From a virus, in IMG/VR virus record IMGVR_UViG_3300020185_000033, positions 1 through 64,000 of that record: a stretch of DNA of 64,000 nt, one strand, 5' to 3'. Under the pieces are notes generated by a model. That model did not search any database. It was given only the letters and a program-made list of their open reading frames with translations, and was not told where the DNA came from. The position numbers and the translations under genes are program-made. This document shows positions 35,874-47,500 of the stretch, piece after piece (the first letter of the stretch is position 1; every line of letters begins with the position of its first letter).

Positions 35874-37838
35874 TTATTTAACTCCGATGACCGCTTCTAT
35901 AGTTCCTTCATCGCCGTTATCTTTATCTTCTAATGATCTTCCTATAACTGCTTGTATCGGAGTCTCTTCGTCTGCCGCCCATGCTAGTCCTGGAACATCA
36001 CTTGATGTTAATCTTTGTCCTTTCTTAACCTTACCAATTACTTTAACTGGAACTCGTCCTGCTAATGCTACTGGAACACCGTCTGCTTGACTGTTCATTA
36101 AGTATGCTGGACTAGTAGATACTACACCAAATACTTCAATGTCTGCATGTTCAGTTGTCATTGTTACTTCAGCTTCACCGCCTATTTTAACAACTGTGCC
36201 TGCTTCGTAGTCCGTATCAGCTGAATATATCTCAGCCAAATCCGCAAACTGTGCCGAAGTTGCTTCACCGTCAAATGTCGTTGCTGTTACTGTTCCACTA
36301 AACGTACCGTTAGTACCGCCTGTAATTGAGCCGCCGTTAATACTAAGTGCTCCATCAGTAACTGTACTACCTTGAACAGTACCAGCGAATGTGCCTGTTG
36401 TACCGTTAAGTGTAGTTATGTTACCTGTTGCAATTGTGGCTACACCTGTTAAGTTTGCAGTTACACCGTCAAATATTGAACTGAATACTGTGCCAAACTT
36501 TGTACCTGCATTACCTAACGTTGCTGAGTTATCAGCCGCCAATGTTGCGCCATCTAATGTTTTGTTACTCATTGTGGCTACACCATTTGTTGTGATAACT
36601 GCGTCACCACTAACATCTACTACAATAGCACCTGTTACAGGATTTCTTAAATCTCCGTAGAAACCTAAGTTATTAGTCCACACATTGCCTTCATTAACAA
36701 CTACGTTTGAAGCCCAAACTTCATCAATTGGTGCTGAGTTAGAACCAAATGTTTCTACGTTTAGACCACTAATGCCGCCGCCGTTTGCAAGTGTAATATT
36801 AGATACATATAAGTTATCAACAGGAGCATCACTTTCACCAATGTCTAAAACAACACTAGTTGAACCGCCTGTTTTTGCTTTCTTGATGTACTGTGACGTA
36901 CCTGATGCTGGGTCACCAATAAATATAGTGTCAACGTGTAGCTGACTAAATCTTGAACCAGCCGCACCCAACGTTTCGTTATCTGTTGTTGTAGGCACAT
37001 AGCTCTTACCCTCATGGATAATTGCGTTTGCATCTACTTCACCTGCACCTGTTAGAATAGCATTTGATCTATCAGCCTGTGTTGCCACGTTTGCCAATGC
37101 AATAGCCGTTGATGCATATTTGTTTCTAAGGTTTAAACCAGGCTTAATAACACTTCCGATACCATCTGAATCTGTCATTTGTGAATATAAGTTTGTGTCT
37201 GCTAAACCTTCAATCTTCCATGATAGGGCAGAATCAATAGTAAATGCCGCATGGTCACTGAATATAGCCATGATGCTCTCACCACCACTAAATCCTGCTA
37301 AACCATTGTTGCCGTCATTCACATACATAAGTGCTAATACTGAATGGAAAATACCATCATCGCCTGGTACATACATACTTCTAAGTCTTGTACCATAAGC
37401 ACTTGGACTACCTACATTAGATGTTCCACTGTATTCGTTTGACACTTTACCTGCATACGAAGTATCTACAAAAGTAGTTCCGTTATGCACTTTTAATTTG
37501 TCGTCCACTGTATCAAAGTAAGCAGTACCTGAATCTACACCGCCGCTAGGTGCCGCCGCACTTACTGTGATACTCATTCTTTGCCAACCAGATCCGTCAT
37601 AAACTCTCATCACGTCTTCTGTCTTATCATACCAAATCTGACCTTCTAAAGGAATATCAGGAGTTGGTGCTGATGTACTGGCAAAGTTTTCTAAATGTCT
37701 TATAGAGTTTTGAACAAAATATTGTCCATATCCCGATACATTTCTACCGACCAGTGCAACGCTGAAAGAAGAGTTAACCTGACTAGCGGCTACGTTGATG
37801 GTCTTCGAACCATCTGTATTTTGTACTGAATAAGTCAT
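35874..37838 (-). CDS. Tail fibre/spike protein with C-terminal peptidase G2 (IMC autocleavage)-like domain
   Basis: N-terminal LENFAS...P..P.EGQIWYD; Thr/Gly beta-rich shaft; C-terminal ADLAEIY...GVVST.PAY...VALAGRVPVKVIG..KKG..L. Confidence 0.75.
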   Translation of the reverse strand: MTYSVQNTDGSKTINVAASQVNSSFSVALVGRNVSGYGQYFVQNSIRHLENFASTSAPTPDIPLEGQIWYDKTEDVMRVYDGSGWQRMSITVSAAAPSGGVDSGTAYFDTVDDKLKVHNGTTFVDTSYAGKVSNEYSGTSNVGSPSAYGTRLRSMYVPGDDGIFHSVLALMYVNDGNNGLAGFSGGESIMAIFSDHAAFTIDSALSWKIEGLADTNLYSQMTDSDGIGSVIKPGLNLRNKYASTAIALANVATQADRSNAILTGAGEVDANAIIHEGKSYVPTTTDNETLGAAGSRFSQLHVDTIFIGDPASGTSQYIKKAKTGGSTSVVLDIGESDAPVDNLYVSNITLANGGGISGLNVETFGSNSAPIDEVWASNVVVNEGNVWTNNLGFYGDLRNPVTGAIVVDVSGDAVITTNGVATMSNKTLDGATLAADNSATLGNAGTKFGTVFSSIFDGVTANLTGVATIATGNITTLNGTTGTFAGTVQGSTVTDGALSINGGSITGGTNGTFSGTVTATTFDGEATSAQFADLAEIYSADTDYEAGTVVKIGGEAEVTMTTEHADIEVFGVVSTSPAYLMNSQADGVPVALAGRVPVKVIGKVKKGQRLTSSDVPGLAWAADEETPIQAVIGRSLEDKDNGDEGTIEAVIGVK

Positions 37839-37856
37839 TTGTTTTTATCCTCTATA

Positions 37857-38480
37857 TTAATTTAACTGTACTCTGACAGTATATATTATTTCTATTGTTC
37901 TGTTTGCACTCTTTTGAACTGGGTGAAATATTACATGTGTTAACAACTTACTATCCGCTGGATCTGTTGCATAACTTAGTAAACCTAGTTCGTCAAAAAC
38001 ATAAGTTCCTTCGTTAGTAGTGCTACTATCGAAGTCGTCCTGTCCCGCAGGCTGATTATAGCCTAACGTACAAGTAATTTTTAAATCTGTAAAACTAGTA
38101 CCTGTGATTATTTCTATCTTGTCTGTACTAGTATTATTACTTACAACTTTCTCATAAGTTCTACTGTACAGAGTGGCACTATTTTCAAATGATTCACTTA
38201 CCCTCGGTGCTTTGTAAATTACTTTACCTGCAGAGTCAACCGATGTTGCTCCGTTACCAAAAGCCATAAAGTGAATGTATGCACCTGCTTGGTTAGTAAG
38301 TGCATTTGCAATCATGTTAGCCATATTACCGTAGTGGATGGCGTTTCTCTTATTGATAAGTTCCTCACCGGTATCTACATCTCTAATCAGGATATGTCCT
38401 GACATCTTGATACCTGCTTGTTCGTCTATCGGCTTGTCATTTTTCATGTCAATCTCGGCTTTATCATTGCTGTTGTTCAT
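37857..38480 (-). CDS. Baseplate/tail-collar-like virion protein
   Basis: GHILIRD...NAIH...MAFGNG...FDELGL...THVIFHPVQKS...IIYTVRV; lies between the giant virion gene and the fibre gene. ATG 38480 is 5 nt after GATAAATA. Confidence 0.6.
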   Translation of the reverse strand: MNNSNDKAEIDMKNDKPIDEQAGIKMSGHILIRDVDTGEELINKRNAIHYGNMANMIANALTNQAGAYIHFMAFGNGATSVDSAGKVIYKAPRVSESFENSATLYSRTYEKVVSNNTSTDKIEIITGTSFTDLKITCTLGYNQPAGQDDFDSSTTNEGTYVFDELGLLSYATDPADSKLLTHVIFHPVQKSANRTIEIIYTVRVQLN

Positions 38481-38485
38481 ATTCT

Positions 38486-38517
38486 TATTTATCACTTTTC
38501 ATTATATATTGTTTTAA
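38486..38517 (-). promoter_or_regulatory. Late-type promoter GATAAATA (38486-38493) plus upstream 16-bp box (38502-38517)
   Basis: TTAAAACAATATATAA-N8-GATAAATA-N5-ATG. Confidence 0.65.
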
Positions 38518-38520
38518 TTC

Positions 38521-41500
38521 TTACTCAAAATTGTGCAAAAAGTCAATTATACTTACATTTGATTTAAGTACCGTACCTTTATCAGTAAGACTGCCTGCTT
38601 CTTTCTGCTCTTTATCACCTGAATCCCAACCATTAACTTCATCTATGTCAAAGGATGGTAGTGTGAAATTCTCTACCTCGTTTGAAGTAGGCTTAAATGC
38701 ACCCGCTACATTGGCATTAGCAAATGTTACATTACTATTATCTTCTAACCAACTAGAGTCAAAACCATATGTAATATTGCCTGCATCACCATCATACGTT
38801 ACGTTTGCATAGTTTACATTGGCACTAGTTACTGTTAGGCTACCATTACCATCCCAATCGTCATCAAACGGTATAGTGTCGTCAAAGATTTCAACTGGTT
38901 TAATCCAATTAAAGTCTTCCGGATCTCTGATTAACTTACCATTCGCATCACGCAATCTAATGTTCTCAGTTTCTTCACCGTTATACACATGTGCGCCTAC
39001 TTGAATAATTGTATTAGGCGTAGTACCTTTTGTTCCTCTTATAATACCAGATATAGAATTAGTGAGTGTGTTTACTTGTTCGTACTCTATTCTCTCACCA
39101 TTAATCCAAATAACTGCTCTGTCTTGCTTAGTAGCTCTCGGTAACTTACTAACATCAGCAAATATAATTTCATTATCCCAAACTTCTAGTTCTGTTGCTA
39201 CTGTTGTTAACGGTGTAACATTACGTCTGTAATATTCTGTATGGCCAAATATGTCCATGAATACCATAAAGCGTACATCTGTACTGTCTTGGCTAATTTG
39301 GACATTACCCTGTGTAGTAACATCCATTACTAGTGTTTCTAGTGGTTGTACAACTACAAGTTCTTCTGGTCTATCTGGACCGTACTGTGACTTCAAGAAT
39401 GTTACAGAATCGAAACCGTATACTGTTTGATCGTCAACTCTATAATTAACATTACCTTGTGTGTCTTCGTCAAATATGCCTATGAAGTTGTTAACTTCTA
39501 CTTCTCTATCAAACAAGCCATCGTCCCAACCAAAAGTATCAAAACCTCTTGTGTCAGTATAATGTGTTGTGGGATGAGTTCCAGGAACAACATCAGTAAA
39601 TATATTTCCGTCTAACTCTTGTCCTTGGAATGTTGCATGTACTTTGCTCTTCACTAAGTTTAGTGCTGTTGTTAAATTACCACTGTTAACCATATCAGTT
39701 ACTAAACTAATATTTGTAGTTATAGCAGTATTTGAACCTGCACCTACACCATATGCTAAATCAAATGCATTAGTTACTTCTGTACGGACTGCTGGGTTAA
39801 ACTTCCATAAACGTTCTGGTGCTGTCCACTGTAGTGAAGTATTTGATATTGAAGTATTGGAAGCAGTTTCTACAGCAACAATATTCTTAGCAATAGAAAC
39901 ATTCATAGTTTCTAGAGTTGGATCAAAACCGTCTATATACTTAACTTCTATCTTGTCACCGTTGTTTGGTAGCCCAATTGCATTATTAACATTTGCGTCA
40001 TTACTAAATGATATGAACGAGTTACCAACATCAACGGCATAATTAGTAATTGTTGCTCCGGCGCTTGTTGAAGTTTTATCAACCTTCTTGCCATTTACAA
40101 ATATCTGTAGTCTATCCGAATCTTCTACTGCAAAGTTTAAGTTAAACACAGATGCTGTTCCGTCTGCAATAATAGTTTGCACTGCACCGCCTGTGCTGTT
40201 CTCATACAATGCACCTTTAACTCTATCAAACACAATTGTTTGATCCAAGCTTCTTATTTTAGAAGGTGTAGAGCTAAAACCAGTATAGTCCTTGTCAGTA
40301 TTAAGCACCACTAAATCATCTGCATTGTTGGAATCTAATATTCTAACAGACTTTGTGTCTTCATCATAAAACGGAGGCCTATCAAAGTCAGATGTACTGC
40401 CGGACATTATTTCTACTGGTGCTTTTTTAATATCGCTATAGTTTCTAATTTTACTACTGTAAGGTTTCACTTCATTAAAGTACTCAACTGCTTTATCAAA
40501 GTTATCAATCTTAAATCCTTTAAATGGTATTAAGTCTGTTTCTTCTTTAACAATTTTCAAGTAAGTCGTCTTAAATGCCCAATCAAGTTCTCCTTGTTCT
40601 GCGTATGCATACTTTAACATTTCAAAGAAGAACTTGTTCCAATGTACTGCGTATGTGTCAACAAACACATGTTTGTAAAGCACATCTAGTATTTGTCTAA
40701 CTTCTTTACCTAATGTTAGGCTTTGTCCTGAACTGTATACACTCTTAACCCAACGTATAGTTTCATTTTCCATTGCAATTAACTTAAAGGTATCAGTTTT
40801 CTTAGTGTATTCGTAAAGTGTATACCTTGTAGAATCATTCTTCTGTACTTGTATAATACTCTTGTCTAGTACATTTTGTAATAAATCGAACTGTTTTGTA
40901 TCAGTAACCTTTCTAAGTGGCTTGTATGTATTATCGTAATATATTACAGCATTATTAGTTTTGTCTGTTCTTAGATGCTCATACCAGTTTACTCTTTCTA
41001 TATAAGAGTAGGCTGTTGGCAAGTTGTCTCTCCAATTTAAGAATGTTGATTCCATCTGTATTTGCTTGAATATGTCATTTAGAATAACAAACATTTGCTT
41101 TCTTGCTTTCTTAATATCTTTAAACATTGTTTGTCTAGGTCTAAACTTAGAGCCGTATCTTTCGGAAACACTAAGCCCGGAACCAGGTACTGCTTGATCC
41201 AATGCATTAAACCCTGCTAAACTGTCAATCAATTTAACACTTAAATTGTCTGGTATAGTTCCATCTCTATCTCCTTCGCCCGCTAATGACCAACTGCTAT
41301 GCTTTTGTGCATTTTCAGTATCCTTACGTTTAAAGTTTACACTTAATATGCTATCGTCTGTTTTAATCAATGAGCCCATGGTATTAACAACCAATCCATC
41401 AGGTGATATAATACCTGTATATGGAACTCTTTCAGCATCTAAATTCTGTAGTAGTCTGGTTATTTCAGCAACGCTTCTTTCTTTTTGGAAGTTCACTCTA

Positions 41501-44500
41501 GCCGCATCAGAAACAACTGTTAAGCCTGTTTGCCAGAAGTAATAAAACGTTTGTGGTTTTCCATTTATATCTGGGTGTACTTCCGTTATATAGTCACGTG
41601 ATGTTGTAGGTGCAGTTAAACTTTCTACCCATTCATAAATTACTACTCTACTACCTGGGAACATCTCTCCCCAATTTTGTGAGCGTTCGTAATTGTTATA
41701 GCCCAATGATCCATATGTACCTAAACCTTGCTCATACCATGTATAACGTAATGTTGATGTATCCCACCATCTCAGACCTACATCTTTTTTGCCGTATTTT
41801 ACTTTACGAGGATCGTATACAACAGGGTCTCTTTCGGTCTTAAAGTCAATTTCTTTACCAATAAATCCTGGTAGTATACCTTTAAACGGATCGTATAAGT
41901 CCACATCAAATTCTTTTTCAGCACTTGCTTCATCATATGTGAATACGTCTCTGATAAATTTAGTATCTACTAATTTCTCTTGCTGTCTTATTACCGTATT
42001 ATTTTCTAAGTATGCCCACTTACCTGTGTTTTGATAATCGTCAATCCATACGTTACTTAAATTTGAAACATCAACCTTAATGGCTCCGTTTGCATGTAAG
42101 TCATTACCGATACGTTGACTCTGTAATGCATAAGCATTAACATGCATTGCACTAACATCTGTTGCAGTAATATTGATAGGCGAAGAACCATCTAATCTTC
42201 TTAATTCGTATTTGTACAACTCACCGGATGCTACTAAGTCACCTATAGAACTACTAATACCAAATGGGTTAGTGCTCTTAAATCTAATACTCTTATTTGC
42301 ATCTGGGCCTGTTCCCGAAGCAATAGCATTACCATTTATGTCGAGTCCGTCTCCGTTAGGGCCGCCTGTCTTGTCTCTATTTCCGGACCATGCAGGGCCA
42401 CCTGAAACGACATCAATGATTGGCGGTATCTCTGGTATATATGCTCCTTCGTCTATGTTCATTTCTTTCAGCATACCAGGTTCACTGCCTTTGATATCAA
42501 AACCGTCACCTTCTTCAGTGGTGATTATAATACCTGGAAGTCCTCCGCCGGTTTCTAATGAAGCACTGAAGTATGGGAAGCCGTTAGGGTCTTTAGTACT
42601 GTGATCGTTAATATAATCTACTAGGCTTTGTTCGTAATTCTTACCTTTTTGTACACCTTCTGTTAATCCCATGTCTTGGATTGCTGTGCCTTTTTGTGTG
42701 CAATCGCCTATTAATCTTCCTGTTAAAAATACCCTTCCGCCTTTGCCTTGGCTTCTTTGTACCGGTGGAACTGATCCAACTCCCGCCGGACTAAATGCTA
42801 AACCGCCGCCAGCACTTGCCTGGCCATCGTTATTTAATTTCGAAACATGGTATTCTAACGGAACACCACTGTTAAGATCACCTGGGAATGTTTGGTATAG
42901 TCCTCTGTTTAGTATTTTTAACTCTAAAATAGCGCCGTCATCATCTACGTCTGTAACTTTAAATACTGCAACTTCTTCCTGATTAGAAGGTGCATCAGCA
43001 TTAAAAATTACTATACCTTTGGCTCTTCTGCCTTTACCAACAATAGTCACAGTTGGAGGATTATTATATACATAATTTTGACCAAACAAGCCTGTGCCGT
43101 CGTTATTTCCTGTAGGAATAGCTGGTAGACCTTGGTAATTAGTAACGCCGTCAGTCCAGTTAACTCCAATCAGTGCGCCAGTCGTTGGATCAATTTTAAT
43201 ATCACGTTCGTCAAATTCAAATCCGTAACCACTCTGCCCGGGCCCGCCAACAATAACTCTTGTACTGCCATCATTCTCATATTCGCCTGTTGCGGGATTT
43301 ATTTTTCCGTATCCAAAACCGCCTTGAGCAAAACTTATTCCGTATATACCAAGTCCTTCACCTCCACTAAATGCAGGATTACTTTGTTGACTTACTGCTA
43401 TACCGCCAACTGCTCTAAGAATATCGTCTCTCTCATACCCGGATCCATTAAAGCCCTGTGTTATAGTAGAAGGTTTTTTTCTGGCCAAACGTTGTTGTGC
43501 TGTTATAGTATTTGTTATATAATCAGTACCTGATGCTGTTGTTGACACACTACCAACTTTTACGGCTGCCGTGTTAGCATCGCTATCTGTGTCAGCTGAT
43601 ATATCTGTACTTACATTTGTTGTGCTTGTTCTAGTACCTGCAAGGGTTGTTGTCTCACCATAAGCATAATTCTTTTTATTATTAACAGTATAGTCTAGTA
43701 CTTCTTTTAATTCTCCGCCTTTGCAACCATTTCTTAAAATTATTGGATCCGGAGTGTTATCTCTCATCCTAACTTCGACACAACGTCCGCCATACCCATC
43801 ATCTATCTCTGTTACGTCGACTGCTCCACCAATCGATGATTGTTGAATAGCCGCCCTCATACTTTCCGTAGATGTTACGCCTGTTAGTGTTATTTGTGTA
43901 TTGTTAATCCAAAACGAGTCACCTGCTCTCACACTATATATAGAATGCGATGATGCAATACCGGCAGGTCCATTAGCGCCTGGATTAATCCATTTATTAT
44001 CCGCACAGAACTTAACTTTCTTGCCCATACAGTATTCGTCCATTGGTATAGATAATGCCCCTTGTGACGCTCCTACAATAAGAGGTCCGTACATTCCTGT
44101 CTTATTTTTCTTTAACAGTGAAATTGTCATTACACGTGGCTTAGGCTTTTGAGGATTACTATGCGGATTAAACGCACTGTTATCGGGTATTGGTGATTTT
44201 GTGCTTGGCACAAACGAGCCATCTGCCGCCGCAAATGACGGTCTGCCACTTAGTGGGCCTGTAGGTTGACTTCCTGAATTATTAAAGTTAGTTGCACTTG
44301 CTGTTATACTACCTTTATAAAATGATTCCTGGTTATCAAAACGTTTAACTGTGGTAGTTTGTGCGCCACCGCGAATATTTGGCTTAGTACCTAATCCTGG
44401 TCCATTACCCACCAGGTTGATATAGGCTCCTATATATGGATTAGTGAGTCCGTTATACTGTGCAACTGCTACTGGGTTAACGTGGACCTGATGACCCACC

Positions 44501-47500
44501 TGATTAACCTGATGAGTAGTACTACCAGTTTTGTTACCACTTACTGTGTTATACTGCACTGAAGTACAGCCTTGATTATTTCTTTGACTATTTCTACGTT
44601 GATTAGTATTACCACCAGAGTTACTGCCACCGCCTTGTCCATTTTCATTTCCAACACCTGCACCGCCTTGATTAGATGCGCCGCCAGTCTGGGCACCAGT
44701 ACCTTGGGAACCATTTGATTGCTCGAAGTACCAAGGATTTTGTCCTCTGTCTATTAAGAATCTATCTGCGGCCCAAAGGAACACAGACGAGCCAGTACCA
44801 CCAATACCTCTTGTTGTTTTAACTGTTATCCATCTACCGTTACCTGGTCTATAGTTAAAGAAGCATTTACCTACATTCTTTCTGCCGCCGCCGGCTGTGA
44901 TGCCGCCCATGTCCGCATAACCTGTGAGGTATCCATCACCACCACTCAGGTTTGTTTTTATTTCGTCAAATCTGTTCCTTTCTGCTGTTGTCAGTGTAGT
45001 ACAGTTTGGATTAGAAGATGTTGATGCAACGTGTCTTTGTGTATTACCTTTTGTAGTACCTTGGTATACATCCATTCTATCTGCCGCACCATACATGTTA
45101 AAGAATATGTTTAATGTTTTATTAATACTGGTGTCTGCCGCTAAGTGAAAACTTGTGATTTCAGTTGTAGGACCGTTACTATGGTACAAGTAGTAATCTA
45201 CTTCTTCAAAATCAGGTACTGGGCTTACTGAAGTATCGTCAATCACAACACTAGCAGTACCTATATCTGATAACCCTTCACTTGCTCCATTAGAGTCTGC
45301 CCCTGCAGGTGTTAGTATTAATGTTTCGCTACCTTCTGTTAAAACGTCTTCCTTTGTGACTACAGATGCAGTGCCTATCCAGTTGTTGCCGTTTGTTGGC
45401 ACCATATCAAATGTTATTGTCATTGAATCAGATAAATCACCGCCACTATCAAAGTCAGCACGTTGTACGCCTGTCATTGTGGCTGTGAGTGTTGCACCTG
45501 ATTGTAAATTTTTACCAGATACTGTAAACTCTATTCTTTCGCCATTTTCACTTACTTTACTCTTATCAGCCTGTATATTAGTATATGTCGGTACTGGGTC
45601 TAAACTTGTATCTCCTACTGCAACCGTGTCTGCTGGTCCGCCAGTAATACTACCTTTGTTTGTTGTTCCTCTTAATTTGAATTTTAATGTTTCCTGTCCT
45701 TCCGTGTTACTATCAGCAACAAATTGTACTGTTTTTGTTGCGGTACCTTTGCCGTTCCCATCAACACTAAATGTCATAGTAAATGGTGATGTTATTCCAC
45801 CTGATATATCAGTAACGCCAATGAGATCTACACTACCTGTTGCATCGACTTCAATTGTTTCGCCTGCTACAACGTTATCAGCAGTTACAGTAAATGTTGC
45901 AGATGTTCCTTCGTTAGCAACGTCTTTATTCCATAGTGCTGTGAAGGACTCTGCATAAGGCTTATAGCAACTTGCAATACCGTCTACATATCGTGTTTCT
46001 GTCTCTTTACTACATTTACCATGCTTAGGATCAGTTGCATTTTTACACTTCCATATTTGTATTTCTGTACCTGCGCCGTTATAGCCATTCGCATCGATGA
46101 AACACGACTTGCTCTGCAATTCATACGCATGTGTATGTGGTATTAAATCTGCACAATCTACATTTGCATGTTTTATTGTAAGTCCCGGCATTTCTTCAGT
46201 GACTGTTGCACCTAACTGCACATCATTAAACAATGCAATTTTACCTGTCAAAGCAGGATTATTAGGTGAGACAGTTAGTGATCCACCTACACCGTATTTT
46301 TTACCGTAATCGCTGAACTGATCTCCTAATGCACCCATTGTGCCTTTTTCAGTTCTTGTCGATGATGTTACCCATATAGTTCCATCGTCGGCTTCAATTG
46401 TTCCATCACTCATCATTGTATATGTTACGCCGTCTCGTTCCCAAGATGTGCCTACCTCTACTGACTCCCACGCACCTGTAACATGATTATATACTGATTG
46501 CTCAGTGCCCCAGCTACTGCCGCCGTCACCGTAAGTAATGTTGTCGTCTGTAAGTTGTCCACCGCCTAACGAATATCCCTGCTGGTTATTCTGCAAGTAA
46601 GTCTGTGCTTGTGGTGATACCATTGTTTGTTGGTGTGGCAATACATTATCTACAAGATTTTTTAACCCGGCTACTAATGCCTGGTTTGCAATCTCTTGTG
46701 GCGTTAGAGTGGGCTTTTCTTTCGGTTGAGAGTTTTTTGTCGTAGTTTGAATAGTATTCATTAAATCATTAAACGTGTTCTGGGGGTTTCCAGCCGTTGC
46801 TGGCTCTGGCGCTACATATCCAGGTGGTTGCTGAGGACCAAACGTTACCTTTGCTGTCGTCATAGCTGGTGCTGTACTTTTTTTCGTTGTTCCAACTGAT
46901 AAAGGCGCCGCCTTTGCACCAGGTCGTGCATCTGGTCTGCCGCCAGCGGCTTGGTATGCCGCTACAGCGTCTTTTATGTTAATGAAATTCATATTAATAC
47001 CGAAGGAGCCTTTTTTAACTACTGTACCAGCTTTGCTGTACATAGTGTCTCTGATGTCATTAGCATATTGTTCCACACTGTGCCACGGGTAAGCACCCTT
47101 AACAACATCTGCCCCATTCATTTTGATATCACCTAGGTGGTCTGCAATGAGGAATGGTATGAAGCCTGCCTTGCCGGTCAATTTGTTTGCATCTTCTCCG
47201 TGCATAAGATATTCGAATCTAGAACTATATGTTTCGCCACCTATTTGGTATGGGTGTGCAAATCCTGGATAGTCAACAACTATTGTATTTGCTGTTGGGA
47301 TATCAACTACGGTGAATGTATTATTATAATAATCAGGCTCAAACGCATTTACTGTTATTTCTTTTCCTATTAACTTGTCTGAGCCGTCTGTTGCAAATGA
47401 GTGGTCTTCTCTAGTTGTAATAACTGTGTTTGCACTCATAAATGTTGCTTCTTCATACAGTGTCATTGTGGTTTGAATTGTGGCACCTGCACTCAATGTG

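Noticed and set aside
44560-44730. Gly/Asn/Gln low-complexity tract as a DNA repeat or array
   Set aside because: No regular nucleotide repeat unit; it is an in-frame protein linker.
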